Positions 27,510-40,918 of a stretch of 64,000 nucleotides of DNA are shown here, in pieces. Position 1 is the first letter of the stretch. Each line of letters begins with the position of its first letter. This DNA comes from Eledone cirrhosa. Taxonomy: Eukaryota. The translations under genes and the position numbers were made by a program. The DNA lies in NCBI GenBank assembly GCA_964016885.1, contig OZ024744.1:74710001-74774000 (forward strand), written 5' to 3'. Under the pieces are notes generated by a model. That model did no database searches, was not told the origin of the DNA, and was given only the letters and a program-made list of their open reading frames with translations.

Positions 27510-27628
27510 CATCTCTGAAGAAGTGACAACTGATTATACATTTGCTATCGAATACTTGCTAACATTATATGATTACGCAAGCAGCGATACATAGGTATTC
27601 CGTTTGTTACAGAAACATATGTCAATAC
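27510..27628 (+). ncRNA. Hammerhead with 90-nt domain II; stem I weak
   Basis: CTGAAGA-aGTGACAA...TTGTTACa-GAAA-CATATG-TC-aatac, then AATAAA. Confidence 0.6.
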
Positions 27629-27783
27629 CTAATAAATTCCTTTTTAAAAAAAGCACTTTCATTTTATATTCATCTTTTCTACATTTTCTCCGGAATATAA
27701 TTTATACTCGTTGAGCAAACCTACACGTACGCTGTTCATCTCTAACGTAACGATATATTATCACTACATTATTGATAACCTGA

Positions 27784-27814
<31 letters not shown>

Positions 27815-27816
<2 letters not shown>

Positions 27817-28016
27817 GCGAGGGAAAAGTGGTAAGGAACCAGGTGGACCATAACGCACCAAAGTACTCAATACTTAGGGTAGTAGAGTGGGTAATAGGAG
27901 TAAGTAAGACCCCGACGGCTGAGCTCAAGCCGTTTCGACGGCTAATTCTGTACTCAATTAGCTGTACAGAATTAGCCGTCGAAACGGCTTGAGCTCAGCC
28001 GTCGGGGTCCTACTTA

Positions 28017-28020
<4 letters not shown>
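27815..28020. repeat. Foldback of a PLE terminus (family of 31045/35160) carrying only the 3' half of the HHR
   Basis: GACCCCGACGGCTGAGCTCAAGCCGTTTCGACGGCTAATTCTGTAC and its reverse complement, separated by about 9 nt. A related fragment lies at 20040-20170. Confidence 0.85.
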
Positions 28021-28081
<61 letters not shown>

Positions 28082-29149
28082 AATGAATTATATGTTGAGA
28101 AGCATTCAACAGAATTTATCTGGAGTATTAATGATAGACGCAAGATACATTTTAAATACTTATTTAAATTTTCTTTGAGGGTTTGCTATTATAAGTTGAA
28201 AAACTTTTGTAGAGTTATTTTAGAATTAGTTATAGGAATATACATATATACACCCAAAGATATATACATGGGTTTAGAAAGAATGACATAATCATACTCA
28301 TTTATTTATTTAAGTTTTTAATACATATTTTAAGAATATGGATGTATTTATAATATTTAGATGAGAATTATAATGTATTGTATTAAATTGTAAACTATTA
28401 ATTCATTAAAGCGATTACAAAAATAAAATATGTGAATGAAATTTACACTGTATTTACATATACGAATGGACATATTTTTTCGCATATATTTTAATATTAT
28501 GAATGTTGTTATAAATATAATTGTTTCTACTTTTGGCACAAGGCCATCAATTACCCAGTACATTACTGGTACTTTTATTTTATCGACCCCGTAAGGATGA
28601 AAGGCAAAGTTAACCTCGGCGAGATTTGAACTCAGACTGTAAAATTACATAAATTATTATGCGTGAATATAGATCTTATTTAAGTATATATATATACACA
28701 TAGATTTATAAATGAGCGTTAGATAGATCAAGCAATAATTTATATGCATTTTATACATATACTTTACGAATGTGTAAGTGATTATATTTTTTAAGTAAAA
28801 ATGTATAGTATTATGTATAATCTATTATTGCATATGGTTGGTAATATAATATTTCAACATTAATGCAAGTTTAAATGTATCGTATATGTGAATTGTAAGC
28901 AAAGAACATTTTTTAGGGAAGATAACTCTAAATATTTAGTATCTTAAAAAATGTTTACGATAGATATTTAATAATCTAATGTTTAACCTGATAATTAATT
29001 ATAATTCATATTATAATATAAGTAAAAAAATTCATATAAAATTTCAGAGCACCATATAGTAAATATGGTTTTGATAATAGTTTTTTACATTGTATAAGAA
29101 ATATTTCTATGTATAAATTTAAAACATTTAAAACCAATTAAAAATATAT

Positions 29150-30025
29150 TGTACCAAGGCAACTTATATAGACCATAGTGTAGTAGTTACTATAAATTAT
29201 AAATATTGTTAAATGTTCTGGAGAATCGATGCTAATAAGAATTAAATATTTCCCTTTTTTTTTTTGTTAAAAATATTGTAATATATGTTAATAATATTGT
29301 AATATTGTAAAAACTGTTGTTAATAATATTGTAAAATTGTATCAAGGCAATTTATATAGACCATAGTGTAGTAGTTTCTATAAATTATAAATATTGTGAA
29401 ATATTCTGGAGAATCGATGCAAACAAGAATTAGATATTTCCTTTTTTTGTGAATAATATTACCAGGATTTGTAATTATATGAAAGATTTCTTCAATACAG
29501 AGATGACAAATTCTTGAGATATTTTTTTCCAAGAGATTGAATAGTGAGTGTTATTGTCTTTTAAAGACCAAATTAATTGTGATAGAGATTGAGAATATTT
29601 TATCCGATCGTTTGAAAGTATGTTTAGGATTATACCAACGCCCCTTCAATTTTGAAGAAGTTGCTCCTATAAAGTTATATAATCTATCCCTAGTTTGTAT
29701 GGTGCATTTGTATACTACATTTCTATCTAGGCAATTATTCTGTAAAGGGCATAAGATGTTATTTCTGCAATTACATTTCCTTATATTGTTATTTAAAGAT
29801 ACCGTATTATTATTTATGTATTAGCTATTATTACTATTATTCGTAATTTTGTTAACTATATTGTTATTGGTAATTGAGTTTATTTCGGTTGGGTTTAATT
29901 TAAAATCCCTATTATTAATTCTATTAATATTCTGGGCTATATTCATAGTAAGAGAGCTTGACGGTATGGCTGTTAAAAATGGAGTGATACGCATGGGACT
30001 TAGGAAGACATTTATTTAGAGCTTT
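29150..30025 (-). pseudogene. Degenerate PLE RT-thumb and GIY-YIG region
   Basis: LPKSHAYHSIFNSHTVKLSY, CNCRNNILCPLQNNC..VY, CHLCIEE; the ORF end is duplicated (about 190 bp). Confidence 0.8.
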
Positions 30026-30056
30026 ATATATATGTATGTATATATATATTTGTTTT

Positions 30057-30185
30057 GCGAGGTTTTTGGTATGAAATCGTGTGTCGAAACAAATATTGTT
30101 ATACTTGGGGAGTAGACATACAATACAACAGGAGGAACATAATAGTACCACTGATGATTGCAGATGTGCAACGAAAGAACTTTGT
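30057..30185 (+). ncRNA. Possible type III hammerhead with long loop I
   Basis: GCGAGGTTTT/AGAACTTTGT (stem III), TGGTAT/GTACCA (stem I), CTGATGA-TTGCAgatgTGCAAc-GAAA. The register at the cleavage site is off by 1 nt. Confidence 0.45.
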
Positions 30186-30386
30186 TAGACTATATATGTG
30201 TTTATATCTATATTATATCTATATTTTTGACCGTTGGTTAGTCAATGATAAACATTGAGGACCAAATGAATTAATTGTCGAGTTATAAAAGATAAAGAAG
30301 CGAAAACCAACCAAACAGTGAGTGTGTTCTGTTATTATTTTCTGGCAATACTATTACAACAATATGACCCTCCCCAAGTATAACAA

Positions 30387-30435
<49 letters not shown>

Positions 30436-30961
30436 TGCCCCCTTGTTATCGAGTATGGCCATTGCACGATATACCATTATTAATAATTATTAATTAATTC
30501 TATCGTGCAATGCCTGTGCGTGAAGATAATTTTTAAAGTATGGAAAGACTGTGCACTGAGCCAATCCTATTCTTTGAACGACAGTAGCTATAACCATCAC
30601 AGAAGAAAAGATCAACATCATCGGTAACTACTGAGCCACAGGTTTTATATCGGAGATATCCCAGTTTCCTGAGTTGTCTTCTCCTAGAATAATGCCCTGG
30701 CAAAGGCTAAGGGTCTTTCAATCCCAGTGGTTTAACCGTGCGATACATGTGTATATACATATTTACACCTATTTGGATGGCCGTAGACTCTTATGCGTTC
30801 TTCCGCCTTTTGTCAGGTTTTGTTTTTTGTCCTGTAGGGTGTCCCAAATCACCCTCCTCATCAAGTAAACTTGGTGGGGTTGCCGGTCTAGTCGTCGACG
30901 ATCCGACCATGCGACAGGTTGTATTGGGTTACACACACACACACACACACACACAGACACA

Positions 30962-31047
<86 letters not shown>

Positions 31048-31057
31048 AACGAGTAGG

Positions 31058-31153
31058 ACCCCGACGGCTGAGCTCAAGCCGTTTCGACGCCTAATTCTGG
31101 ACTAAATGAACATTTTTATCCTGGTATATGAATAGCCGAGCTTCTCAAGGGGT
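31058..31153 (-). ncRNA. Type I hammerhead, U3-A8 core (TTGAGAA), 56-nt domain II
   Basis: ACCCC-TTGAGAA-G..CGGCTA...TAGGCG.C-GAAA-CGGCT..AGCCG-TC-GGGGT. Confidence 0.8.
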
Positions 31154-32249
31154 AATTCCATATATGGTAAAAGTCATTGTCACAAGGATTGGTCAAAAGT
31201 TTGTTGTTGAGACACATAATTCTCTCATGGCAATTTGTGGAAGGAAGGGGTAGCTGAACCTGCCAGTAGAAGAAAGAGGGAGAGGGGTGGAGGAAACCCA
31301 GTCGTGCGTTGATAGTGCCAACTACAGCAGGGCAGGAGGTCAAGCAAGTATACTAGGGAGGGGGAAGGGGAGGAAGTCGAAACAATAAGTAAAACGATAT
31401 GGGGTAAATATATAGAAAAATACCGAAAATGTTAAAAAAACAATTAAATATAAAAAAAAAATTTCTGGTTACTATAACCTAAGGACAGCTATCAAGTCTC
31501 TCGCTGGTACTGCTAGACTAAAGAAAGGTTTACTAGGTGGGACGGAATTATAATGAGACCCTTTTAAGAGGTATTAGTAATCAACCGAGTATATCTTACG
31601 GTGACGGGTCAACAAGTGGGGGGGGCCAAAATACTAAAGAAATTACCACGAAATAATAGTTCAGAGTCCCGAGACTAACACGAAATAATGGTTTCTACCC
31701 TAGGCACAAGGCGAGCAACCACCCAGTGCAAAAAAAAAACTACTACGAAATAATAATTCAGAATCCCGAAAAAGAATACTAATACTATCTCTAAGTGTGC
31801 CGCTGCGATACAGAAATTCTAGTGCAAACTACATAAATGCTCGTACGACGTATATGAAAAAATTTGATACGGAAAATTAATTCAGAATCCCCCCCCCCCC
31901 CCCCCCCAATAAAAAAAATAACTGATATACGAGAAATTAAAGCAAAGATACCACTAAGAAATGTAGAAAGCACGGAAAAGGGGCAGCCATCGGATGAGAA
32001 GGCAAGTATCTGGGGTCTATCACATATGCTATAAAAAGCGGAGTTGGCCAATACTATCATAGAATAGGGGAAGGGGTGGGGGTACTGAGGCTACAAACGA
32101 CGACGACAAAGAAAGAGGACTCGCTTGGAAGGACTAGAGAGGGATGGGGGGAAGAAGGAAATATAGAGGAAGCGATAAAAAGATATAACAGTTCTTACGT
32201 CTACCTTTGCAAGCAGGGGTTACCCATTACAAAGTCGGCAAGTGGGGTG

Positions 32250-33691
32250 TTATAGCCCTTGTCTTCCCCCCGGGTCATTATGGGGTTTGAGGGCGAGGTA
32301 AGTCCTACGCAATCTGTGTTTGCATGCAGTTACCACTTCATCTTTCTTGTTTAGGAGTTGGTCTGTCGAAAACAGCATTTGTAAAGTTTCCTCCGAGCAT
32401 AAATTGCACGGACGGCGTCCTCCCGTGTAAGAGTTGGCTCTGGACAGTAAGCTCCAAGTGAGATCATAGGTAATATTGTTATCCTTGAGGTCCCAGATGT
32501 GGCCCGAAAGTGTAGTGGCGTGACGCCGGGCCGAGTTTCGGAAGGTATGTCCGTGTTGGTATAGCCGCGTCTTGAAGTCACATGCGGTTAATCCTATATA
32601 AGCTTTGTTGGAGGTGTCCGTCCTCACGTTGCACTGGTAGATCACATAACGATCTCTGCATCTGTTGTCGAGGTGGCAAATGGATCCATCAGGACAGTTC
32701 CACCTCCTGGTCGGCTCTCCACTGCTATTTAGGTTATTTCTTCCATAGGGGTTGAGTTTTTTGTTGTTAGAGGAGACGATGTTTTGTGCAAAGTTTGGTG
32801 TGGTGCTGTAGGAGAGTTTGATGGTATTTTTGTTAATTATGTTGTGTAGCGGTGTTGTAGTGGGAAGTGTTTTTGAATGAGCCTAAAGAAGATTTTCCCG
32901 ATAGGAATTGTCACCTCGGCGTTGTGGGGAGGATTGAACCATGTTACATTACGTGAGCGGCGGTGTCGCCTGTTGGTTCCGCTAATGGAAGCTGGACAGT
33001 AGGATATTTCCTCCCGGAAACCACTCCGCTTGAGGGCCTGGTTGTAATAAGGCGCATGTTCCTCGAATATCTGCTCATTAGCGGACAAACGAGATATGCG
33101 GAGGGAGATGTTTTTAACCAGGTTATTGGTGATGTTCCTAGGATGGTTTGACCGGCGGTGGATGTAGTGCAGGTTGTCGTTGGGTTTCCTGTATGGGTAG
33201 TACAGATCATTATCGAGGTCAAGGGTAATTTCCAGGAAGTTTACTCGGGTCAGGGCCGTTTGTAGGGTTATTTTAAATCCCCAGTCGCGGAAGAAGCTGA
33301 TTAATTGTTTACGGACCCGGTCTGTACTACTGGGGTTGTACCCTTTAAGGGTAAGGAGCCCATCATCACGGTACAATCGACCGCCGAATGCAGGAAACAT
33401 ATCGGTGAGTTTAGCTAGTAGGAATAATCCTATAAGATCTGTGACCTCAGCCGAATCCGTCGCGCCCATGCTGACGTCGAAAGGTGAGTCGGGAGCTCTC
33501 TTTATCCATTTGGAGTTGTCGAAGAGTAGGACTGTCTTCCTGGCGTGGAGGTTGACGTTTCTTTCCTGGTCGGTGATGGGCGCAAGTATTTCGGCGAAGT
33601 CCAAGGCAGCTGTAAGTAGCGGTAAGGTAATTGAAGCATAGTAACTCTCTATGTCAAACTGCATGAATTTAGTGTCTCGTTTGTCCTCCAT
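32250..33691 (-). pseudogene. PLE reverse transcriptase and GIY-YIG endonuclease (frameshifted)
   Basis: FDIESYY, FDVSMGATDSAE, LYRDDGL, VNFLEITLDL, SNHP, WFNPP, IYQC..YIGLT..FKTRLYQH, CNLC. Confidence 0.95.
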
Positions 33692-34969
33692 ATTGCTGAA
33701 CCATGAGATTACTTCCTGGGTGTTGCCCCATAGGCTAAGTGTGGCGTGTTGCTTAACTTTTGGTATAACACGTATAACTTTTGGTATAACACAGATTGCG
33801 TAGGACTTACCTCGCCCTCAAACCCCATAATGACCCGCGGGGGGGGGGGTAGACAAGGGCTATAACACCCCACTTGCCGACTTTGTAATGGGTAACCCCT
33901 GCTTGCAAAGGTAGACGTAAGATCTTCTTTTATATCTTTTTATCGCTTCCTCTATATTTCCTTCTTCCCCCATCCCTCCCTAGTCCTTCCACCCCAGTCC
34001 TCTTTCTTTGTCGTCGTCCTTTTCACTTTCTCGCCCACCTGAGACAGCCCTTCGGTCGTTTGTAGCCTCAGTACCTTCACCCCCTTCCCCTATTCTATGA
34101 TAGAATTGGCCAACTTCGCTTTTTATAGCAGATGTGATAGATCCCGGATACTTGCTTTCTTATCCGATGGCTGCCTCTTTTCCGTGCTTTCTACATTTCT
34201 TAGTGGTATCTTTGCTTTAATTTCTCGTATATCAGTTATTTTTTTTTGGGGGGGAGGGGGGGATTCTGAATTAATTTTCCGTATCAAATCTTTTCATATA
34301 CCTCGTACGAGCATTTATGTAGTTTGCACTAGAATTTCTGTATCGTAGCGGCACCCTTAGTGATAGTATTAGTATTCTTTTTCGGGATTCTGAATTATTA
34401 TTTCGTATTAGTTTATTTTTTGCACTGGGTGGTTGCTGGCCTTGTGCCTAGGGTAGAAACCATTATTTCGTATTAGTCTCGGGACTCTGAATTATTATTT
34501 CGTGGTAGTTTCTTTAGTATTTTGGCCCCCCACTTGTTGACCCGTCACCGTAAGATATACTCGGTTGATTTCTAATACCTCTTAAAAGGGTCTCATTATA
34601 ATTCCGTCCCACCTAGTAAACTTTTCTTTAGTCTAGCAGTACCAGTGAGAGACTTGATAGCTGTCCTTAGGTTATAGTAACCAGACATTGTTTTTTTAAC
34701 ACTCTCGGTATTTTTCTATATATTTACCCCATATTGTTTTACTTATTGTTTCGACTTCCTACCCCTCCCTAGTATACTTGCTTGACCTCCTGCCCTGCTG
34801 TAGTGGCACTATCAACGCACGACTCGGTTTCCTCCACCCCTCTCTCTCTTTCGTCTACTGGCAGGTTCAGCTACCCTTCCTTCCACAAATTGCCATGATA
34901 GAATTATGTGTCTCAACAACAAACTTTTGACCAATCCTTGTGACAATGACTTTTACCATATATGGAATT

Positions 34970-35065
34970 ACCCCCTGAGAAGCTCGGCTATTCATATACC
35001 AGGATAAAAATGTTCATTTAGTCCCGAATTAGCCGTCGAAACGGCTTGAGCTCAGCCGTCGGTGT
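34970..35065 (+). ncRNA. Inverted-arm copy of the 31058 HHR (CTGAGAA; positions 3-8 mismatched)
   Basis: ACCCC-CTGAGAA-..CGGCTA...TAGCCG..-GAAA-CGGCT..AGCCG-TC-GGTGT. Confidence 0.7.
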
Positions 35066-35156
35066 CCAACTCGTTCCTATTACCCACTCTACTACTCTAA
35101 GTATTGAGTAATTTGGTGCGTTATAGTCCACCTGGTTCCTTACCACATTTCCTTCG

Positions 35157-35498
<342 letters not shown>

Positions 35499-35742
35499 TT
35501 CACGGCTCAGAAATGGTTCTTTCTTTGAGCTAATTAATTGTAAAGGACTGTTTGAGTTTATAACTCTAAATATAATAATAATAATAACATATATCAGGAT
35601 TAAAATACTGGAGCGTGTTGGAGTTAAACACCCTCTTCGTATTATAGAAAAGACAGTAAAAGGTATAGCTCAATGTAATTAAACAGAGCCGAAGAATTAT
35701 GAAAATAAAACAAAGAAGCCTTCAATACATCAAAAGTCTTTA

Positions 35743-35785
35743 TTAGCCAACAATGTTTCGTCCTATTAAGGACTCATCAGAGCAA
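35743..35785 (-). ncRNA. Type I hammerhead (family of 61117)
   Basis: GCT-CTGATGA-GTCCttaataGGAC-GAAA-CATTG-TT-GGC, then AATAAA; at the end of a 35690-36990 PLE 3'UTR-like remnant. Confidence 0.85.
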
Positions 35786-37003
35786 TCAAAACCACAAGAA
35801 GCACTATCGGTCAATACAAGCCGAAAACTCCGAAGAATATGGAGTGTACATACACTAAAGTATTGGAAGATTATGGGTAAACATATATAATAAAAATCAC
35901 TAAGGAGGTGGATAACATTTTGAACCATATTACAAATATAGTCCAAAGCAAAAAACTAGAGCTAAACAAAGGTGGTTATATAGAGCGGGAGTTATAGTAC
36001 TATATGTAATACAATATAATATAATATAATATACTTGTAACAATATTAAAATTAAAATTAAAATTAAAAGGCACAATATACATATGTATATATATACGCA
36101 CACGTACGCACATATACATATACATCAATACACATTTCCATCATTAACAGCACAAATTAAACCTTATTAAGAGTTTAAATATAAATAAGCATAATAGGAT
36201 TAAAAATAAAAATAATACGTTTATCTAATATACAGTATAACATGAAGTAATGAAATGATTAAAAGTAACACATATAATATATAATAAACTATATAATTAT
36301 ATAATATATAATATAATATAATAGATAATCTCCGGTTAATTTACACAAACAATATAGATGTCACAATAGCACTATAATAATAATATAATAATATATAATA
36401 TATAATGGCATGTAAGTTAACAAATCAATTCATATAGAGTTACAGAGCAGGTGAGAAAAAAATATAAAGTGTACAATACTCCAAATTATGATGGTACAAA
36501 AATATAAACATCTTACATGATATATAAAATTTAACATATCATAATGGTACATAAAATCATCGGTAAGTAATAAGGATCAATAGTATAATTTACAAAGAGT
36601 TGAATAACAACTTCAATATAAAATAATGAACATAATATAATATATAATTACTTATAATTACAAGGTTGGTAAACATACACATATGTGAATGAGTGAATAA
36701 GGGCCAGACAGAAAATACTATGCACAGTAGTATTAATAAATAAATAAATAAAATCGACCGAAAATCAAAAAACAAAAACAAAAGTATTTACTTAGGTCTC
36801 ACATGCAGTTAAGTAAAAACTTAGGAAACAACCCGGATAAATGACTAGAAAACCCTATTTGATAAATTAATATTGAAAATATTTAAAATACTTAATAAGG
36901 CAATACAATATTAGCTATGGTTTAAGTAATCAAAATCCCTAAACATTAATATTTCACTATAAATATATATAGAAAGGAATGAAATATTCTACTATCATTT
37001 ACT

Positions 37004-37037
<34 letters not shown>

Positions 37038-37128
37038 TATACATATATATATATATATACATATACATACATATACATATATATATACATATATACATAT
37101 ATATATACATATATACATATATATATAT

Positions 37129-37184
<56 letters not shown>

Positions 37185-37236
37185 CTATATATATACTTAT
37201 ATATACATATATATATATATACATATATATATATAC

Positions 37237-37274
<38 letters not shown>

Positions 37275-37357
37275 GTTATTCCGGGTTGAATCGGGGTAAC
37301 CACAGTACGTAAGGTACTCAATACATTGCAGAGTATAAAAGTTTTAATATAGATGAG

Positions 37358-37404
37358 ATTCTACAGGACTAGAACTGTTTCATTCTTTAGAAATCATCAG
37401 GAAT
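37358..37404 (-). ncRNA. Type I hammerhead in PLE 3' terminus
   Basis: ATTC-CTGATGA-tTTCtaaaGAAt-GAAA-CAG..CTG-TA-GAAT. Confidence 0.85.
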
Positions 37405-37490
37405 ATAACCATAGTGGCCGTATTTCAGGTTGAGGAGGGGTGGGGGTAGGGTGGGAAGGAGGTATAGGGGCCAATAGGAGGAGGTCGTTT

Positions 37491-39560
37491 TTAGCCATCG
37501 GGCTTTAACACTGGCTTAAAATATTTGAAAGTTGCAAAGTTCTTGTTCATGCAGTTCGGGCAGTGTTCAGAGAGTTTGTTCAGTAGCGGGCCCTTGGCGA
37601 ATAAAATTTCATAGCTCTCTGAGATACAAAGGTCGCAGCCCTTGTGTCCTCCATTGTAAGAGCGCGCTTTCTGGAGTATTTTCCATTTAAGCGTGAAGGG
37701 GGTGGAGTTCCTTTTGAGGTCCCAAACATAGGAGGCGAGTGTTGTCTGGTTTGATTTGTCCGGTCTTCTGAAGGAGTGGGTATGGGCATACCAACGGGTC
37801 TTAAAGTTGTTGGAGGTCATTCCGATGTAAGTTTTTTTTGCAATCATCGGTGCCTGAGACGACATCGCATTTGTATACGATATCATTTGTCAGGCATTTG
37901 TTTTCAAGTGGGCATGCTTCCTTATTTAGGCAATTACACAGAGCCCCAGTCCGGGGAATGGGTTCGGAGGTGGTTGGCTTATTTAATTTTTTAGAATTGT
38001 GGTTGGCTATATTCCTAGCTAGGTTAGGTGTGGTGGAGTAGGAGAGTCTTATTGTGTTCTTATTAAAGATGGTGTGGTACCTATGTTGTATGGGGAAGTG
38101 TAATTTCAGCAAAGTGAAGAAAGTCCTAGCTATCGGTGTAGAGATCTCTCTATTGAAGGGAGGGTTGTACCACCTAATCTGCCTATGTCTATTCCTCCTC
38201 TGAAATCTTGCGGTGGTTTCTAGGTATGTTATCTTTTCTTTAAATCCGCTGCGGGCGAGGGCGTTATTGTAGTAGGGGGCAGAGGCGTTAAAACTATCTT
38301 TGTTGGCGGAGAGACCAGATATTCTAATAGAGACGCTTTTTACTAGGTTATCAGTGATGTTTTGGGGGTGGTTTTAATTAACATTAGTATATCTAAGGGA
38401 CTCGTTAGGTTTGTGGTACGGGTAATAGAGGGAAGTAGCTAGGTCGAAAAGTGACATCTAAGAAGTTGGCCCTAGTCAAATTAGATTCTATAGTTATACT
38501 AAATCCTAGATTATAGAAGAATGAGCATAAGTTTTTCCGAAACCCATCGGTGGTTCTGGGGTTAACCTTATGCAGGGCGAAGAGGCCGTCGTCTCGGGAT
38601 AAATCTCCGGTTAGGCCGGTAAAGAGGTTCTTTAGGTGATGTAGGATGTACAAGCCCACAAGGTCGCTAATTTCAGCCGAGTCACTCGCTCCCATGCTCA
38701 CGTCAAAAGGGGTCTGAGATTTCTTGTTGATCCAGTAAGATCCATCGTGGTATAGAAAGGTCTTACGGGCGTGGAGGATAACAACTTGCTCAGCATCGGT
38801 AATGGTGGTAAAATTCCTGGCAAAGTTAATTGCGTCCTTCAGGAGGGGCTCCGAGATAGAGGCATAGTAGTTTTCTATGTCGAGTTGCAGGAAGCGAGTG
38901 TGGTGTTTGTCGGGTAATTCTTGGAACCATGATATTGCCTCAGATGTTCTGCTCCAGAGTGGGAGTGGTGAGGCAACCCGCAATGATGGTAGAACTCTAT
39001 CCAGGATCTTCTTACTGATAGAGCCGATGTCTGAACGAGTGGGGTTGATAAGTCTGACTGATGGTTTGTTGAGGAAGTTTCCCTTATGGTCCTTCAGGGT
39101 AAAGTGCGGGGTCTTTACCCTTAAAGGTTCGGTTCGGTCATGTAATTTAAGGGACTTGCCGATTTCTTTTCCGGCCGCGTTTGTCTCAGTCAGTGCCATC
39201 TCTATTACCTTTTTGTAGGTGGTCGTGATGGCATTTTTTGCCAACTTATTGTAGGTCTGTGGGTCTACATCATAAACGTTTTTGGTTTTATCGGAGGAGA
39301 CATAAAGATTAGGGGATTTTTTTATATTCCGCAATTCGGCATTTAAGTAGGCCTGGAAAGGTGTGGTGGCACTACGGAATTTAATATATGTGATCATCTT
39401 GAAGAGGTCTTCTTCAAATGGTTGGAGTAGGCTGTTGGTGGGTGGTGTCTTATTCGTTTTGAAGCCGAACTTCTCATCATTGGTAGATGCTACATCAGGG
39501 TTGTCGAGAAAGAAGGCCCTCCATCTAATTCGCTTCTTGAACTCGTCGGTACGTCTGATG
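37491..39560 (-). pseudogene. PLE RT and GIY-YIG ORF, near full length, several frameshifts
   Basis: KRIRWRAFF, SDKTKN, TLKDHK, VRLINP, DIENYY, MGASDSAE, SRDDGL, CNCLNKEACPLENKC, YIGMTSNNFKTRW, CDLC. Confidence 0.95.
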
Positions 39561-39709
39561 AGTATGCACAAGAACTTTGCAACTTTCAAATATTTTAAGC
39601 CAGTGTTAAAGCCCGTTGGCTAAAAACGACCTCCTACTATTGGCCCCTATACCTCCTTCCAAAGCAACCCCCACCCCTCCTCAACCTGAAATACGGCCAC
39701 TATGGTTAT

Positions 39710-39756
39710 ATTCCTGATGATTTTTAAAGAATGAAACAGTTCTAGTCCTGTAGAAT
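39710..39756 (+). ncRNA. Type I hammerhead in inverted PLE terminus
   Basis: ATTC-CTGATGA-tttttaaagaat-GAAA-CAG..CTG-TA-GAAT. Confidence 0.8.
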
Positions 39757-39770
39757 CAAATCTATATTAA

Positions 39771-39908
<138 letters not shown>

Positions 39909-40077
39909 CATATATATATATATACATATATATATATATTCATTGTATATATACATATATATAAGAGGCTTAGCTCTGTTTCTCGACCGTTATATCGCGT
40001 GACTATCTCCCCCTCCGCCTTTTGGGATTCTTTCTCACGTCGTGTAGACGCGTTCTTGAGACTAGTAAAATGAGGTA

Positions 40078-40167
40078 TCCTCTTGATAAGTCGGCAGACC
40101 TCGCAAGGACTCTATATCTTTATGATATATTGTTTTTGTTTATGCCACGAAACTACGTAGTCGAGGA
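40078..40167 (+). ncRNA. Type I hammerhead, U3-A8 core, 59-nt domain II
   Basis: TCCTC-TTGATAA-GTcGGCA...TGCCAC-GAAA-CTACGTAG-TC-GAGGA. Confidence 0.85.
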
Positions 40168-40672
40168 ATTTAGGAGCAGTTTAGGTATGATACATTTTAT
40201 TACTAATTATATCTAAATGTTTCTTCTCTCTTCATAATGTATTTTTAACTCTGATACTGGTTCAGTCTGGTTCAACTGAATTGGTCTGTCCCAGTCATTC
40301 ATTGAGCAACATCGGTGAAGTTGGCACCCTTAACTCACAGTTGGGTGCGGATGCATTCATGTATATATGTGTGTGTCCGCATGTATCTGTGTGTTTCTAA
40401 ATATATTGTTAATAACTCCCTCTGGTCGAGCGATCTTTGAAGTGTGGGGACAGCTGGAAAGCTTCCATTACTCATACTTCTCGCCTTCTTCACCACCTCT
40501 TCTACGGCCTCGATATAGATACCCCCTCCGCCTCCGTGGTATTTTCTTCGGGGTTATAAGAGGCTTAGCTCTGTTTCTCGACCGTTATATCGCGTGACTA
40601 TCTCCCCCTCCGCCTTTTGGGATTCTTTCTCACGTCGTGTAGACGCGTTCTTGAGACTAGTAAAATGAGGTA

Positions 40673-40762
40673 TCCTCTTGATAAGTCGGCAGACCTCGCA
40701 AGGACTCTATATCTTTATGATATATTGTTTTTTTTTATGCCACGAAACTACGTAGTCGAGGA
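40673..40762 (+). ncRNA. Second copy of the 40078 hammerhead
   Basis: Identical core and stems, 595 bp downstream. Confidence 0.85.
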
Positions 40763-40831
40763 ATTTAGGAGCAGTTTAGGTATGATACATTTTATTACTA
40801 ATTATATCTAAATGTTTCTTCTCTCTTCATA

Positions 40832-40876
<45 letters not shown>

Positions 40877-40887
40877 TATTTATATAC

Positions 40888-40918
<31 letters not shown>

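Larger units (their letters stand above)
39960..40833 (+). mobile_element. Partial tandem of a 595-bp non-coding unit with HHR (retrozyme-like)
   Basis: 39960-40238 is repeated at 40555-40833; (TA)n flanks; no credible ORF. Confidence 0.85.

Noticed and set aside
30770-30932. HDV-like ribozyme in the RTE-associated repeat (CCCTCCTC motif)
   Set aside because: I could not build the nested double pseudoknot; the L3 spacing is broken by a hairpin. An RNArobo/Infernal HDV search would settle it.
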